The position numbers were made by a program, and so were the translations under genes. A stretch of 64,000 bases of DNA from Camelus dromedarius (Eukaryota), in NCBI RefSeq assembly GCF_036321535.1, contig NC_087472.1:101248001-101312000 (forward strand), given 5' to 3'. The notes beneath the pieces were generated by a model. The model worked only from the letters and a program-made list of their open reading frames with translations, had not been told where the DNA came from and did not search any database. Shown piece after piece: positions 13,356 to 27,359 of the stretch. The number at the start of each line of letters is the position of its first letter. Position 1 is the first letter of the stretch.

Positions 13356-14156
13356 GAATGGCCATGATTTAAAAAGTCCATGATAATGATAAATGCTGGA
13401 GAGGGTGTGGAGAAAAGGGAACCCTCCTACACTGTTGGTGGGAATGTAAATTAGTACAGACACTAAGGAAAACAGTATGGAGATTCCTTAAAAAGCTAAA
13501 AATAGACTTACCATTTGACCCAGCAATCCCACTCCTGGTCATATATCTGGAGAAAACTCTAATTCGAAAAGATGCATGCACCCCAATGCTCATAGCAGCA
13601 CTATTTACAATAGCCAAGACATAGAGGCAACCCAAATATCCATTGACAGATGAATAGATAAAGAAGATGTGGTACATATATACAATGGAATATTACTTAG
13701 CCTTAAAAAAGAATGAAATAATGCCATTTGCAGCAACATGAATGGCCCTACAGATTATCATACTAAGTAAAGTAAGTGAGACTGAGAAAGACAAATATCA
13801 TATGATATCACTTATATGTGGAATGAAAAATAATGACACAAATGAACTTATTTACAAAACAGACTCACAGACATAGAAAACACACTTATGGTTACCAGGC
13901 AGGAAAGGGGGTGGAGGAGGGATAAATTAGGAGTATGGGATTAGCAGATACAAACTACTATATATAAAATAGATAAACAGCGAGGACCTATTGTATAACA
14001 CCAGGAACTATGTTAAATATCTTGTAGTAACCTATAATGAAAAAGAATTTAGAAAAGAATATATACGTACGTATAATTAAATCACTATGCTGTACACCAG
14101 AAGCTAACACAACATTGTAAATCAACTATACTTCAATTTAAAACTCACACACAAAA
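13356..14156 (+). mobile_element. 5'-truncated L1 (ORF2 C-terminus plus 3'UTR)
   Basis: AAATGCTGGAGAGGGTGTGGAGAAAAGGGAACCCTCCTACACTGTTGGTGGGAATGT (CCHC region) through AAATCAACTATACTTCAAT. 16-bp TSD with 2 mismatches: AAGAATGAGATTTTCA (13340-55) / AAGAACGTGATTTTCA (14157-72). Confidence 0.92.
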
Positions 14157-15349
14157 AAGAACGTGATTTTCAAACACTACAGTCATTACCAAAAAATTTT
14201 CCTGCCACAAAATATTGTGGGTGGATTCCAAGGAGACTCATTTTAGTGGAATTAGTGTACCTTTACTAACACAGAGTATGAAAATCACTTCCCAGGTTGC
14301 TGATGTAGAGTAGCAGTCGACACAGCAAACAGTCCTTCTCATGAGTCACCTCCTTCTGACATTGCAAGTCTGTCCACAGAGTCTTGGTGCTTCAGTATTT
14401 TCTTTTGCCGCAGCACACTGCTGTCCTTCAGTGAAGCATCTGAAAGGCAGTAATGGAGGGAGTGTGCAGACATGGAATGGCATTTACCCTCAAAGAGCTG
14501 ACAGTGACCAAATCTTCATTAGTTTTATAAAACACACCAAAAAATATAATAAATAATTCACATCAAACTACTTAGCAAAACATGAAAAGTTCATTTTGTG
14601 ATGCAGCATCTTGATTTGGATCGTTGTTAATTCTTAATTGTTCGTTAAATGGGCATGGATGGTCTCCACTCACTGACACTGGTAAGAATTCAAGAGTTTT
14701 CACTGATTCAAATGTGGAGTGCTGAGCCTCATAGGATGGGATGTGGAAACAATATAAACTTATATGTGTACTTATTTCTTCCTTCTTTCATTCCCTCAAG
14801 AAAATGTGGACTGCAAAGCTACTTTAATATCAGGCTTTGCGTAAAGTGTCAGGCTTTTGGGGATTAAAGACCTAGTCCTTGACTTCAAGGAGCTCTTATT
14901 AGAACTTGATATTTGGGCTCAAAAGCCAGAGCCCAAGTTGTCCTCTTGCTTAATAACATCACTTCACATCTTGTCCCAACTTATGTGGTGATAAGATGGA
15001 GAACTTCCCCATGTTAATTTCGTGACTCTTGCTTCAGCCTGTTGGTTCAGCATTGCTGACATCATATATAAGCATGTCGCTATACCTCTCCAGGAGCTAA
15101 GAAGCCCTCCTTCAGGGTTGTCACATATCATGACCCTGTCTTCAATCAGCTACTGACCTTTTTAGCCTGCATTCTCCCAACTTTCAGTGGCCTTCAGTGC
15201 CTCTCCATGTTAAGGTCTGCAGAGGTGTCCTTTATGCCTTAGATTATGCCATGTAGATCTATCAGCTCAATAAAAATCCATTACAGTGTGAACCCCATAT
15301 AATAGAAGTAACACTGGACTTGGATTCAGGTGATGTGGGTTCCTGGCTG

Positions 15350-15757
15350 TGTCAGTGTTGTTCATTACACCTGTGTTCTCCTCTTCTTGGGTACACAGTT
15401 AGTCTTCATTTTCTAGGCTCTCTTGCAGTTAGGTATGGCCATGTCACTAAGTTCTAGTCAGCAGAATGTGAGTAGAATGGATATCTATGTATATATCACT
15501 TCTAGGCCTGACTCATAGAAATGTGTGCTGCCATGCTCTTTGCCTTCTTGCAGAGAAGACACATGTTGGTGGTGGAGCCATAAGATATCAGGCACCTGGA
15601 TACCTGAATCACCATATGGACCCCTGCTTTCCATAGTGAACAGAGATACCCACATTGGATTATTCTGGAACCAAGAAATACATGTCTGTGTATTAAGTCC
15701 CTGAGATTTTGGTGTCTGTTAGAATAGCTATTGTTACTTAACATATACCCTGTCACA
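15350..15757 (+). mobile_element. MaLR LTR (old MLT1 family)
   Basis: CTCTTGCAGTTAGGTATGGCCATGTCACTAAGTTCT..CACTTCTAGGCCTG..TATTAAGTCCCTGAGATTTTGG. Confidence 0.75.
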
Positions 15758-18700
15758 CCAATAACTTTGACTCATCGTCTTCTGTTCTTTCTACCTTTGG
15801 GCAAGTTACTTAGCCTCTCAGAATCTCCATAAGCTCCTCTGTCAGTGGGGATAATAAGGTAGGCACTCAGCTCCATTTTGTAGATGGAAGGATTGAAATA
15901 GGTAACATTTGCAAAGATACTTTGTAGATGATTTTACAAATATAAGGTGTTATTATTAGATCTTGCCTCCATAGGTAACTAATATGTCTTCCATTCAGGT
16001 ACCTCAGTTTCTAACCTAATTAAGCAACATTTCCTGCCAAATGTATAACTGGGCCTCTGGAGCACCTGTACTGCTCGGCCATGTAAATCAGGGTGAGGGG
16101 GGCACTCGGACCTTGCTGACTCCCTCCAACATGTCAGTCTGTGGACTGTGCCTACCTCAGCCAGCGCTGACCGCTGCCCACTGCCTAGATGATGCTCTGG
16201 AACTTGATCTCTTGACTAAATAATTCGTATGATCATCTAAGGCCCAATTGTAGGTATCAGAACTGTGAATTTCCCAAGCCTTTCCTGGATCCCTAAAAGT
16301 CTCATTATAATAGCAAACATAATACTGAGTGCTCCTAATATAGTTATTGCATGCATTACCCCAGGTCATCTTCACAACCACCTAAGGAAGGAGATGCTTT
16401 CTCATCCCCATTTTGCAGGTGATAAAACTGAAGCTTACAGAGGTTAAGAAATTTACTTGAAGTCACTCGGTTTCAAACTCTCAAAGACTGTTAACGTCTA
16501 TGTATCCATTGTTTAACTCTTTTGCTTCATCACCCAGTACTACTCTTCTAAGAGTCTCATTGCTGAGAAAGCCAAATCTCCTTGTAGGAGAAAATGATTT
16601 TACTTTTTGAAAGGAGCCAGCAACAATTATCCCTTTAGATGTTTCAAATGGACATTAATATTCCTGTATACTTTCCTTTGAATTTATTATTTATCTTATT
16701 CATTGTACTTTAATTTGCCTAAGAGCTATATTAATGCAATTTTTTAAATTTTAAGAAAGAACTCTGTGGGGCAATTGTACAACAACATTATAGCATCAAT
16801 GTTCAGCATCTGAGAGGAAGTGCAGGGGTGAGTTGTCTTCCTGCTTGCATAGAGCTGACTGCTTTCAATGGGTTCTGTGTTGAGATGTGAACTTAAATCT
16901 ATTCCAGTGTGCTTTATGCACTGGTTAGGGGACAACCTGGACATTTTCTACTCTACTGGTTGTAATTGCCTGACAAAAAAGGGGCGAAATCATTGGGTTA
17001 TTTCACTTGATATCTGAAAGGGACTTAACATTCCCGATTGCATGTCTTTGGTGAACCAGTATCCCATGGGATCTTTCTATACTGATTCCCAACTTGTGCC
17101 CTAGCAGAAGCTAAAGAATTCAGTTGCCAAGCAAATATGTCCTGTGCTGTTAAGGAAAGGCAGTATGTGACAGTTTTTTCTCATGAAGTTTATACACTCA
17201 GGAGTAAACTAGCTCTGAGTTGAACTCTTGAAACTTCAAAGTATTCAATCCCTCTGAAATTCGGAGAGGCTAAATCTTATTTTGACATCTCCGTTATCAT
17301 CAAAAGTTTCAACTCATGAGTAAGGGAACACTTCCCATGGGACAGTATCACTGAATTCGTCATTGAAGTCAAAAGGAAAGGAGTACTAGATTGGCCGATA
17401 CTTCATATGCATCTCCTCTAATTCTCCAACCACTTTGCAAGGTAGGTCTTCTTTGTTCCATCTTACAGAGGAAGAAGCTATGCTAAGCAGACCTAATTAA
17501 CTGGCCCAAGATGCACAGCTAACAAGTGGCAGATCCAGGCTATGAAGCCAGACAATCATGGCCTCACAGCCCATACCCAGCGACCTCTCTGCTCGGAACA
17601 CATCTGTTTCCTAAATAAGGAATTCCTATAATCTAAACATCCATAGGAAGTTGTTAAGAAGGGACTGCAAAGCAAGAAGCAGAAGGTCTGCTTTGTCAGA
17701 ACCTTTCTGGGCAGCTATGGTGAGCCTGCCCTCTTCATTGTGCATTCCCCACAAAAGAACCTCTGCAGACACCAGAGGCCTCCCTGCCAGGGAATGAGAG
17801 AGGACCAGGCAGGGGAGATCTTGGTGAATATCAGGAAGATGGAGCCAAAGAAACCCATGTACTTCTAATTAAACAGCATGCCTTCCATGGCTGGCTCAAT
17901 GTCCTGCTCCTTCTCAAAGCGTACCCAGAGAGTTTCAGCTTTGGCAACGGCCTGTGAGATTTCATGCTCCTTTTCCCCATGTAATAAAAAAGTCATTTTT
18001 GCCTCAAGCTAAGGGAAACACTGGCATTTTTAACTTTAAACTGTTTGGGTGAGGTTTGTTGTTGTTGTATTAGATTAATTGTTGCTGTTGTTTGGAAATC
18101 TTGTGGACATTCGCAGTTTTTGGTTCCCTTGCTGAACTTTTTTGGAAATTTCTATGGAAACGAGGGTTAAACGCAGAGGAATGAGGTTGATTTTTATACT
18201 CCCAAGTCTCTGGGTGGGTAGAAGATTTTAAACACTGCGCCTGTTGGGTTTTAGATGTTGTACAATTCAGTCCTGGCCTTGGTAGAGAGCAGACGACTGG
18301 CAAGGATGCCATCTTCCTCTTGACTCCTTGTAAAACTAGAGTAAGATGCCTCATTTTGTGTTCACTGACCAGTCTAGGGGAGGTTTTACCCATGTGCTCA
18401 TCTTCCTTTGCTTATTAATTCCCTCTAAAAGGAAAGCAGAAAAGAAAGATCCAGCCTTTCATAATTCTAACTATACAGGAAAGAAGCAAAGCAGAGCCTT
18501 CACCAAGAATTCAGATGTTCATTGTGGTGGTCAGACCTCACCACATAGGCTCCAAATTCCAAATGAGCTTTGCCTGTTTCCCCATTGTCTCTCTTGCCAT
18601 CTTGGGCCTGAACCATAATGTGTCACCTTTGGCTTTTTGCAGCACATACAATTGCCGTGTTCAGCCTCACCCTCTAAGGGTATCCTCTTTCTGCTTTAAG

Positions 18701-19374
18701 GGTCAGGGAAATTACCCTAAAGTGATACCGTCTTTAAAAATTCCTCACCCCCTCCCTCCTTGCACCACTCTCTCTCATCCAAGTCCAATTGGAACCCTCC
18801 AGTTTTTCCCTCTTCCTCTCCGTTTCTGAGGGTAGAAAACATTCCATTTTTCTCTTTCCTTTTGGTGACTTGAATGTCTCAGAGGATATTTATGGGGGAG
18901 TCATCTACTCCCTACCCCACATCCTACTCACGTTTCCAGATCCTAGAGGTTTCTTTGGTAGGAGTGCATCTGCCCCATCTGCCAAATTTTCCGACTTTGG
19001 GAACTGAGTGAAGGGAGTGAGTCTTTCCGTCTGTTGACAAATTTCTGTGGTGTGCCCACCAGGTGCTTGGCCCTGGAGATGCAGTGAGGAGAAGACATAG
19101 CCCTGCTCTCGTGGGGACTCCTTCTTAGTTAAGGGCCAGGCTTGCCGTCATCTAGGCTCCTCTGTCACCTCCACCCTAAGCCCCAGGGGGAACGGTAAGC
19201 AGTGCCAGAGTCTTCCTTCCTAACTTTGACTCCTCACCCATTACCACCATCACTTGTGCTACTTTCATAACACGTCACAGAAAGCTCCACCTAACTGTGC
19301 ACTGACATTTGGGGGTGCTCGTTAACACCCCCAATTCCCAGAGTCAGGTACCTGAGCACTTTTCTAGCCTCTTT

Positions 19375-19483
19375 AAAAAAAATTTTTATGTTCATTCTAC
19401 AAAGGTTTATTTTTACTTAACATATATATTTTTTTAATTTTATTTTTTATTGAAGTGTAGTTGATTTACAATGTTAGTTTCAG
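19375..19483 (-). mobile_element. Very short L1 3' terminus with extra A/T-rich 3' sequence
   Basis: TTATTGAAGTGTAGTTGATTTACAATGTTAGTTTCAGG; 8-bp direct repeat GCCTCTTT at 19367-74 and 19484-91. Confidence 0.7.
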
Positions 19484-22400
19484 GCCTCTTTCTTACATAT
19501 GTGATTTGATAGGTACATTTTGACTACGTGAGAAACATTCTTGGCAGTTCTCCCCAAGTTTACATCAGCCAGATAAGTGACTTCCAGTTAAGGGCAGGTC
19601 ACTATATCCTTAGTTTCTATAAAATCTCTCTCCACACATTCTCCTTTGACTTAGGGGTAGACTAGAAAGAAAATAATTATCTTAAATCTTATTTTACATG
19701 TCACAGTACGAAGATTTATCCCAGACACAAGCATGCATTCTAAATTATAATCACAGCATTAATCTGAGCAAGTGTAAGATACATAGCTGCAAGTTGCTGT
19801 TGGTTTTGCATTACCATTTTAGTGCAATTAACGCCTACCACTAAGGCATCATCTTAACGCATGAGACAAAATTAAAAAGAAGCTTGAAATGTTATATCCT
19901 ATCCAGGAAATGTTGTTACTATTGCATTTTAAAGATGAGGAGTTAAGGTTTTCATTTTTAATTGCATTACTGAGTGATTTGTCTTAAGGGAACCTAATTG
20001 TGAAGAATAAAAATTACTTTGCAGGTTTATGGTGAGGGGCTAGTAATCCTTTTGGGAAACAAACAAGCAAATTAGAATTCAGCAACATTCAATAGTAAAG
20101 TGTAAAATTTCTATCTGGTTGTAACTGTTAAAAAGCCTTTTTACAGGAGTATTGTAATCAATAATTTGATCGTTCATGAAGCGTTTTTGCTGTGATTCGT
20201 GGGTAACAACACAAAGGCAGAAAGCTTGTAGGGCTTCAGGGCCACTGCCTTCCCATTCATTTTCCTCCCTGAAGGTTTCCTCTTCTCTCACAAGGGCCCA
20301 ATCTTCCCAGAGCCCTCCCTGGAGTGCCTGCTCAGACCAGCAGCCTCGTTCTCCAGGGCAGTGCCCCAGGTTTGCAAATTCTCTTTTCCTCTTCTACCTT
20401 CACAACTGCTGTTCTTTCCCTCTGAGCCACTCAGCTAGCTATTAGGGGAAAGCAGCTGATTAAACAAAGTCACACTCCAGTGTTGATGAATAAAAGCACT
20501 TAGCGCTCCCTGGGGTGTCTGCAGCTGAGACCTTGAGCCTATATAATGGTAGAATTTCAGGCTGGTGTGAATATAATTTTTGGTGTGTTTTTTGATGCCA
20601 CTCAAATCATACCACTTGTGGATGCTAAAGGAGCTGGTATAAAAGGATTTCATGAAATGAAATTTTGCCTAAGGCCTTTCTTCCAGGGTTTCAGATGGTT
20701 AGGAAGAGGTCACTCTCCTGGTCTCAGGAAAGTTTTATATGGGTCACATCCATTTGCCCCTTCTTTGAACTACTGTGTGACCTTCAAGCATAGATGTTGC
20801 CTTGTAGAAATGTAGCAGTGTTCCTTGTGCCAATTCATTCCCTACGAATGGAATCCTGACTTCAGTAGAAATAAAGCAGATCCTTAACATTTGCCAAGGA
20901 GGTATTCCCAGGTCTTTTGTTTTCCCATGAAAGAAAGTAAAGTGTAGCTTCCCAGGTGTTAATGCACCAGACAATAACAACAACCTTTCCTTTGTTTCCA
21001 GCACTGCTCCATGTGCTTTCCACAGACATAGAATGAATTCATGAAACTAAAGAAGTGTAAAATTAATTTATATAATTTAAATTTTGAATGATGTTTTTTG
21101 TGAGTTTGTAGCATTTTTACCTCTGAAATTATTAAAACTTAAAATGGCACTAACACGTTCAGGCCATCCTGTGTTAGCTCGTTTAATTGTCATGGCAATT
21201 TTAACATGTAGGTAGCATTATTCACCCCATTTCATGGATGGGAAAACAAAAGCATTGGGAGATTAATTTGCCCAATGTTAAACAGCTAGTAAGGGGCAAA
21301 TGTGGGATTATAAACCCGGGAAGTGTAATCCCAGTGTTCATGCTCTTAGCCACTATGCCACATTGCCTCTTGGTAGTCACTAAGAGACAGCAGAGATGCT
21401 GCCATGCCTGAAGGACAGCTAGACGCAGTCATGAGTCCAATGCTTCATTCTCCACACCAACCTCAAATGGTCATAATTCAATTTCAGCCTCACTGATGGC
21501 ACCTTCCCACATGTCATGGATTGTCAGGGCCCTCATTAGGATCAAAACCATGAATGATAAATCTAGGATTCTAAGGGTCTCCTGTGTCCCCCATTTTTGT
21601 GTTCCCCACTTAGCAAGATCCAACCCACACTTGTTAAATTGAATTAAATGAAACTGCCAGGACCATTTGGCATTCTGTAGTGAGTTTGGGCAGGTCCTCC
21701 TGTCTTGCCCTCCTCTTAATTCTAGACCTGTTGGATGGCCTTGGCATGGCCCCATTTCCATATTGCTTTCTCCTTGTGCATCACATGGCAACTTCCTCCA
21801 TAAACCAACCTCACCTGCTCCAGCTTAGAGAACCATAGTGAGGACCTATTGCTGTGTACATAATAGCCCCTAAGCCTGCTGTATCCTCTAATGGTAGGAA
21901 AGGTACAGTGCTCGTTTTTGAGAGCCGGTTCCATCTGGGCCAGAACTAGACCAGAAGCTGTTTTATGCCTCTGGTCAGGCAGGCAGTCTCCAAGCTCATT
22001 CCAGGGGCCTCATTTGTTCTTCCCAGACCACCTGCGTCTCCTTTCCCAGACTCACTGGCCTCCAGCTGACCTTGGCTGGGGGGCTGTGGTCTCCCCACCC
22101 TGTTTTCTTGGCAATCCCAGCCCTCGTGACCTTGGCAAGTGGGAGGCATTAACACCTAAGACTCAGGGACCCGTCTGCTTTTCATGACCCACAGACAGAG
22201 GGCTGACTTGTTGACCTAACTTTATGGTGCTGTCCCTGGCACTTGGAGCCCCATGAGACTGACCTGGTCCCATTAGCCAAGGCTCTATCAACGGTACTTT
22301 ATTTCTTGCTGGCATTTCTGAAAACTGATAGGTTGCTCAGGGATTTCTGAGCCTTGAGTTGATTAACAGTTAATGATGTGTGTTTTGATGAGAAAATAAA

Positions 22401-24709
22401 AGATTTTGTTTATCCACTTGAGAGGAAGAAAATTAGGAGTAAAATGGAGAGAAGGAAAAACACAAATTCTCAGCTTTTCAGTGGGGTTTTAAGTGGTTTG
22501 GGTCTGCTGAGTTCCCAGTCATTGCTGGAAAATTCTCTGGGTGTCGATTTTATGTATCAGCTCTCAGAAAAATACATGATGTTCAGCTCTACCTAAAGCT
22601 GTCAGGAGACACACAGAGGGCCAAAAGGGCTGCTGGACAAGTCATTTTACTATTCAGAGAATGTGTGAATACAACCAGGAGGTGCATTTATACTTCAGCC
22701 TGAATCAGAGGGAGAGAGGAGCCCATGGGGATCAGAGGCAGGTTCCAACAGTAGGTCTTCCAACCAGAGCCACCCCCAACTGGGTCAACGGGTACAAAAA
22801 CGGTGGTTTTGAAACTGCCTCTTGGTCCACCACTGTTGAAATCACGGAGAAGATGTAGAGGGGCCCCATAAAGGCAGGATGTGGTCATCTAAAAGGAGTG
22901 GGCTTTGGAGTCAAACCAATCTGGATTTGCATCTCACTTAACTATTCCAGATTTCTCAACCTCTCTGAGTCTCATTCCTCATTCATAAAGTGGGCCAGTA
23001 CTATTTAACTTGCAGGGTAGCCATGAAGATTAAGTGAAATTAGCTAGCACAAATCAGGTGCCCAGTGAGTGTTATTTACCCTTCCCACCCCTTTCCTTTT
23101 TTTCCTACAGAAAGTCTGCATTCTCCCCTCTCCAGAGCACACATGGTCTTTAATGGCTGACATTCAAAACAAATAGACCAAGGTGGTTAACATCTTCTGG
23201 GGGCTTGGGTTTTTTTCAAAAACAACTCACAGGGGAACTAGTAATTCATAATCCTCCCTTTCAGGGATCCCCTGATGAAATCAACAAAGTATCCTTTATT
23301 AAGTGCTGATATTGGAGTTTTACAGACAGTTTGGGCCAGTAAACTCAGTTGGAGTTAGGCAAAGCTTTGATTTTCCAGATGGGCCCATAGAAGTGATGTT
23401 CTTTGATGCTAGTCTTACTCAAGCCAGTTCAGCCAGTCACATAACGAACGAATATTGTTGGTTATAAGTGGAGCTAAATGAGAGGCTGAGTGAGAGTCTT
23501 TCCCTATCACTATTGCTAAAATGACAACTTGGAGCAACATTATCTTTGCTTGGCAAGACCAGTCCATGGGGTAGGAAGCACCCTTTGGTGAGCATCTATT
23601 CTGAAGACTTTACTGATGTTCATGGGTAGTCCTAAGTCTGAGGGTGAATGACAACATTAGAGGGTCTCAGCTCTTCTAGAATAGTCTTCTCTTACTAAAC
23701 TACCTTTGCCTCTGGGGTTGGAAGAGTCAAACTTGTGACTTGGGTCATCTAGGAAGGGGTTACTGAGGAAGAAACTTACATGTGGTGTTGTATACTGTAA
23801 AGATACTGCCATCGCCCAGTAGAAGATACTCTAAGGTAATAGACATTTAACAGCAGGTCAAAAAAAGAAAGCTCATAACTTTAGTCTAATTCTTTTTCAT
23901 TTCTAATTCTTCTTTGTTTCTGCTATTTGAACACATTAAAAGTGTGTTCTTTCTACTTCGAGGAAATTTTTCAGTCAAGGTTAGGGGCTTATCAGAACTT
24001 CCTTTCCGTTCTGGCACCAATTTAATTCCTTAGGGTTCATTTTAATAGACTTGTTTCCCAATTAAACAACAATTTTCAGGAACGTCTCTGGGTTTAAGGT
24101 AGCTTAGTATGCCTATAAAAAGCCAAGTGCCATTCAAAGCAGCTGGTTATGAATTCCTCATGAGATGGGTCATCGTGAGTTTAACATTGACATTGGCAAT
24201 TTCGTTAAAAATGAAGAAATGCACCTTGGAATTGCTCAAAGTCCTACAAGGATAAAAGAAAAGAATATTCAGGTTTTACTGTGTGAGGATGGTGGTGGTA
24301 ATGGAGATGAGGAGGGTTGTCCCCTGCAAACCAAAGGACATAAGTCAATTGGGAAGTCATTTAGGGTGCGACTGAGGTCAAAATCATATGGTGAAAATCA
24401 GTGGGATATTTTATTTCTCATTTGGGGAGAGATGGACAAGAAGATTTTCTCCAGCAAATGCTAAGCCTCTCCATGTGCTCTAAAATCTTAGAGGTATCAT
24501 CTTCAACCCACGCCAAGCCAGAAAATAGAACAACATACATTCCTGGTGTCCAAAGGCCCAGTGCTTGCATTTGTCCAGTGAGAGAATTGCCTCCTATACA
24601 CAACTGTGTGAACTGATATTCCTGCAGCATGTTTGACCCTTCCAGAACCTTCTTTCTGAAGCTTCTTTGGACAACTACTGGTGTGGTTCTTTAAAAGCTA
24701 CCTGCAAGA

Positions 24710-25355
24710 CAAGATCCACCAATGGGTGCTAGAATTAGTGGGTGAACATTTGCAGGCAAACAGTTATCTCTCTCGAGGTATTCATTCATTACAAAGGGAA
24801 AAACAGTAACTTAACATGCAACAACATAACATACATACCACAACTAAGTGATCAAGGTTAATGTCACTAATAATCAGGCATGTCAACACCATGTATCATT
24901 TGATATACTGTCCTGAGAAGGGTACATGATAGCTTCTATGGTATTCTTACCCCAAATGCATAACTTCAACTTAATTATGAGAAAATACTAGACAAACCCA
25001 AATTGAGAGACATTCTATAAGACAACTGACTAGCACTCTTCAGAAGTGTCAAGGTTAGAAAAGATAGGGAAAAATTGAGGAGGTGTCACAGATTGAAGGT
25101 GCCTAAGGAGGAACAGATTCTGGAACAGGAGAAGGACATTAGTGGAAAGACTAGTGAAATCTGAATAAAATCTATAGTTTTTATAGTACCGTGCTAATGT
25201 TAATTTTCTGGTTTTGATGATTGTACTGTGGTTATGGAAGATGCTAACATTAGGGAAAGCTGGGTAAAGGGTATACATATGTGAATTCTCTGTACAATTT
25301 TTGCAACTTGTCTGTAAGTCTAAACTTACTTCAAAATAAAAAGTTAAAAAATAAG
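24710..25355 (+). mobile_element. L1MC/MD-like 3'UTR fragment
   Basis: AAGTGATCAAGGTTAATGTCAC..GACAAACCCAAATTGAGAGACATTCTA..GGACATTAGTGGAAA..TCAAAATAAAAAGTT. Confidence 0.8.
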
Positions 25356-27359
25356 TTTCCTGGGGGAAAAAAACACCAAGCAGCGTTATAATTGCCCTTT
25401 GAAGTGCCTCAGTGCCTCAGTGAACCAGATGGGGGTACATAATTACCTTCCTTCACATTCTATATTTAATTTCTACAAGTAGTAACTTGCGCACCTTCTC
25501 AGTCCTGCAGGTAGCCTAGGAAAATGATATTTCATGTTTCAAGACTAAAAGGGTAAAATTGGGAAAAGCCTCTCCAACTTGGTTTCACAAGCTTTATTAC
25601 TTGTGAGAAATGCGTCTGTGAACAATGGTGTAAAAAGATACATATTTTTAAAGGCTGAAACATGGAAGTGAGAATTCGAGGCAGGAGGACTGCCAATTAT
25701 TTGATTTTTTTTTTCCTTAAAAGCTGTGTACTTCTTTGGAGTCAGAATCCAATTGTTTCAAGTCTTCATTAATCAGTGACACCATTCATCAAATGGACAC
25801 ACTGGCATAATGAGCTCTCATAAATACAGTGTTTGTGATCTTTCTTGAATTATTAGAGTGAGGAGTGGGGGTAGAGTGAAATCACACACTACCCCATTTA
25901 CTCAGTCTAAAACATGCTTACATATGCCACAGCAAATTAACATCCTGTCTTGTTTTCTGTTTCATCTCTCTTGTCTCTATTGCTCTGTCTCACTTTGGTT
26001 CTCTCTCGCATGTATAAGGAATGAACCAAGGACACCCCCTGCCCCAATCCCTTAATTGAGGCAGTTCAGGTCAAATCATGATTGTTAATGGAAAGAAACC
26101 AAATCATTTGTCACAGAGCTTAATTTTGCCTGCGCTGCCTGATTTCCTGCTGTTATTGTACTTACAGTAGATGATAAAAGCAGTTGCTACAGCCTCTTCA
26201 CAGGAAAACAAATCCCAGCTGCAATCTGAATCAAAGCACCTGGGGCTGTGCATCAGCTGGGATCGAACAGCTATTTTTCCAGCCTTGGTTGCTCCTCAGG
26301 TTGATAGAAATGAACTGCCCCGTTTTTGAATGAAAGTTAACTCCTGAGTTTCCAAGTACTGTGTTTGGTCTCAGATCAGTGAGAAAATATGGAGGCCCCA
26401 GAGCCCTTTTCCGTTTACCACCTCAGAAGGCACAGACTTCCCCCAGGTTTCTAAAACTGTAATTCATGGGCTGGGAACCATGTGTGTATTAAGATGGAGC
26501 TTCACTGTGTACACATTGAAAATTGGAAAGCCATCACCAAGAGGCCAGGAGAATAGGTTCTTCTTGTTAGGAGAAGACAAAGCATTTGACTGAGCATTTG
26601 TGGAAATGATAATTCCCTGGAATCGCATGATTTCAATTCTTTGTCCAATTTTCACCCTGCTAATGGCCTGTTGACTACAGAGGTGGTGCCAGTTTTGAGA
26701 CTTGTCTTATAGATGGAGAAGCAGGTATGATAGGCATGTCTTTGGTCATAAAGGAAGTTCAGAAGTAACATGATAGCTGCTGGTCATGATCAGCCTTCTG
26801 GCCAGCCACCTCCATCCCCAAAACAACCACACAGGGCTTCCCTGGACCCACTCTAAAATGCACATCAGTAAGAGAGTAATCTTTCCTTTCTGGAATCCAA
26901 CCCTGGCCATGGCTCAATCCAGTCTGTGGGGTGTGAAGAAGGTATGTGTATGTCCTGTGTTTATGTTTATGGGGCGGGGAGGAGTGCGGAGTGTTGCTTG
27001 GCAGGCGAGAAGACAGAGCCGGAGAAGAGAGATTGAAGATGCCAGGCATCCCCCTGGATGAACAAAATGTAACTTCCAAAACCATTGCCTTTGAAGACTT
27101 CTGCTCTAGATCAGAGATTTCCAAGTCCGGCTGAACATCTAAGTCACCTGGAGGAGCTTTAAAAAATACAGATTCCAGGGCTCCATCCTAATCTTATTGA
27201 GTCAGGACTTCTAGGGGAAGAGCCAAGGAAAAAAGTCTTTCCCCAAAGCCCAGCTAGTGGCTCAGACCAAGATCCAGGTCTGGGAACCACTGCACTTGAC
27301 TGCTACTAACCAATCACTATCCCCTGACTTTATGAGATACTGTGAATAAGTAAGAAGAA

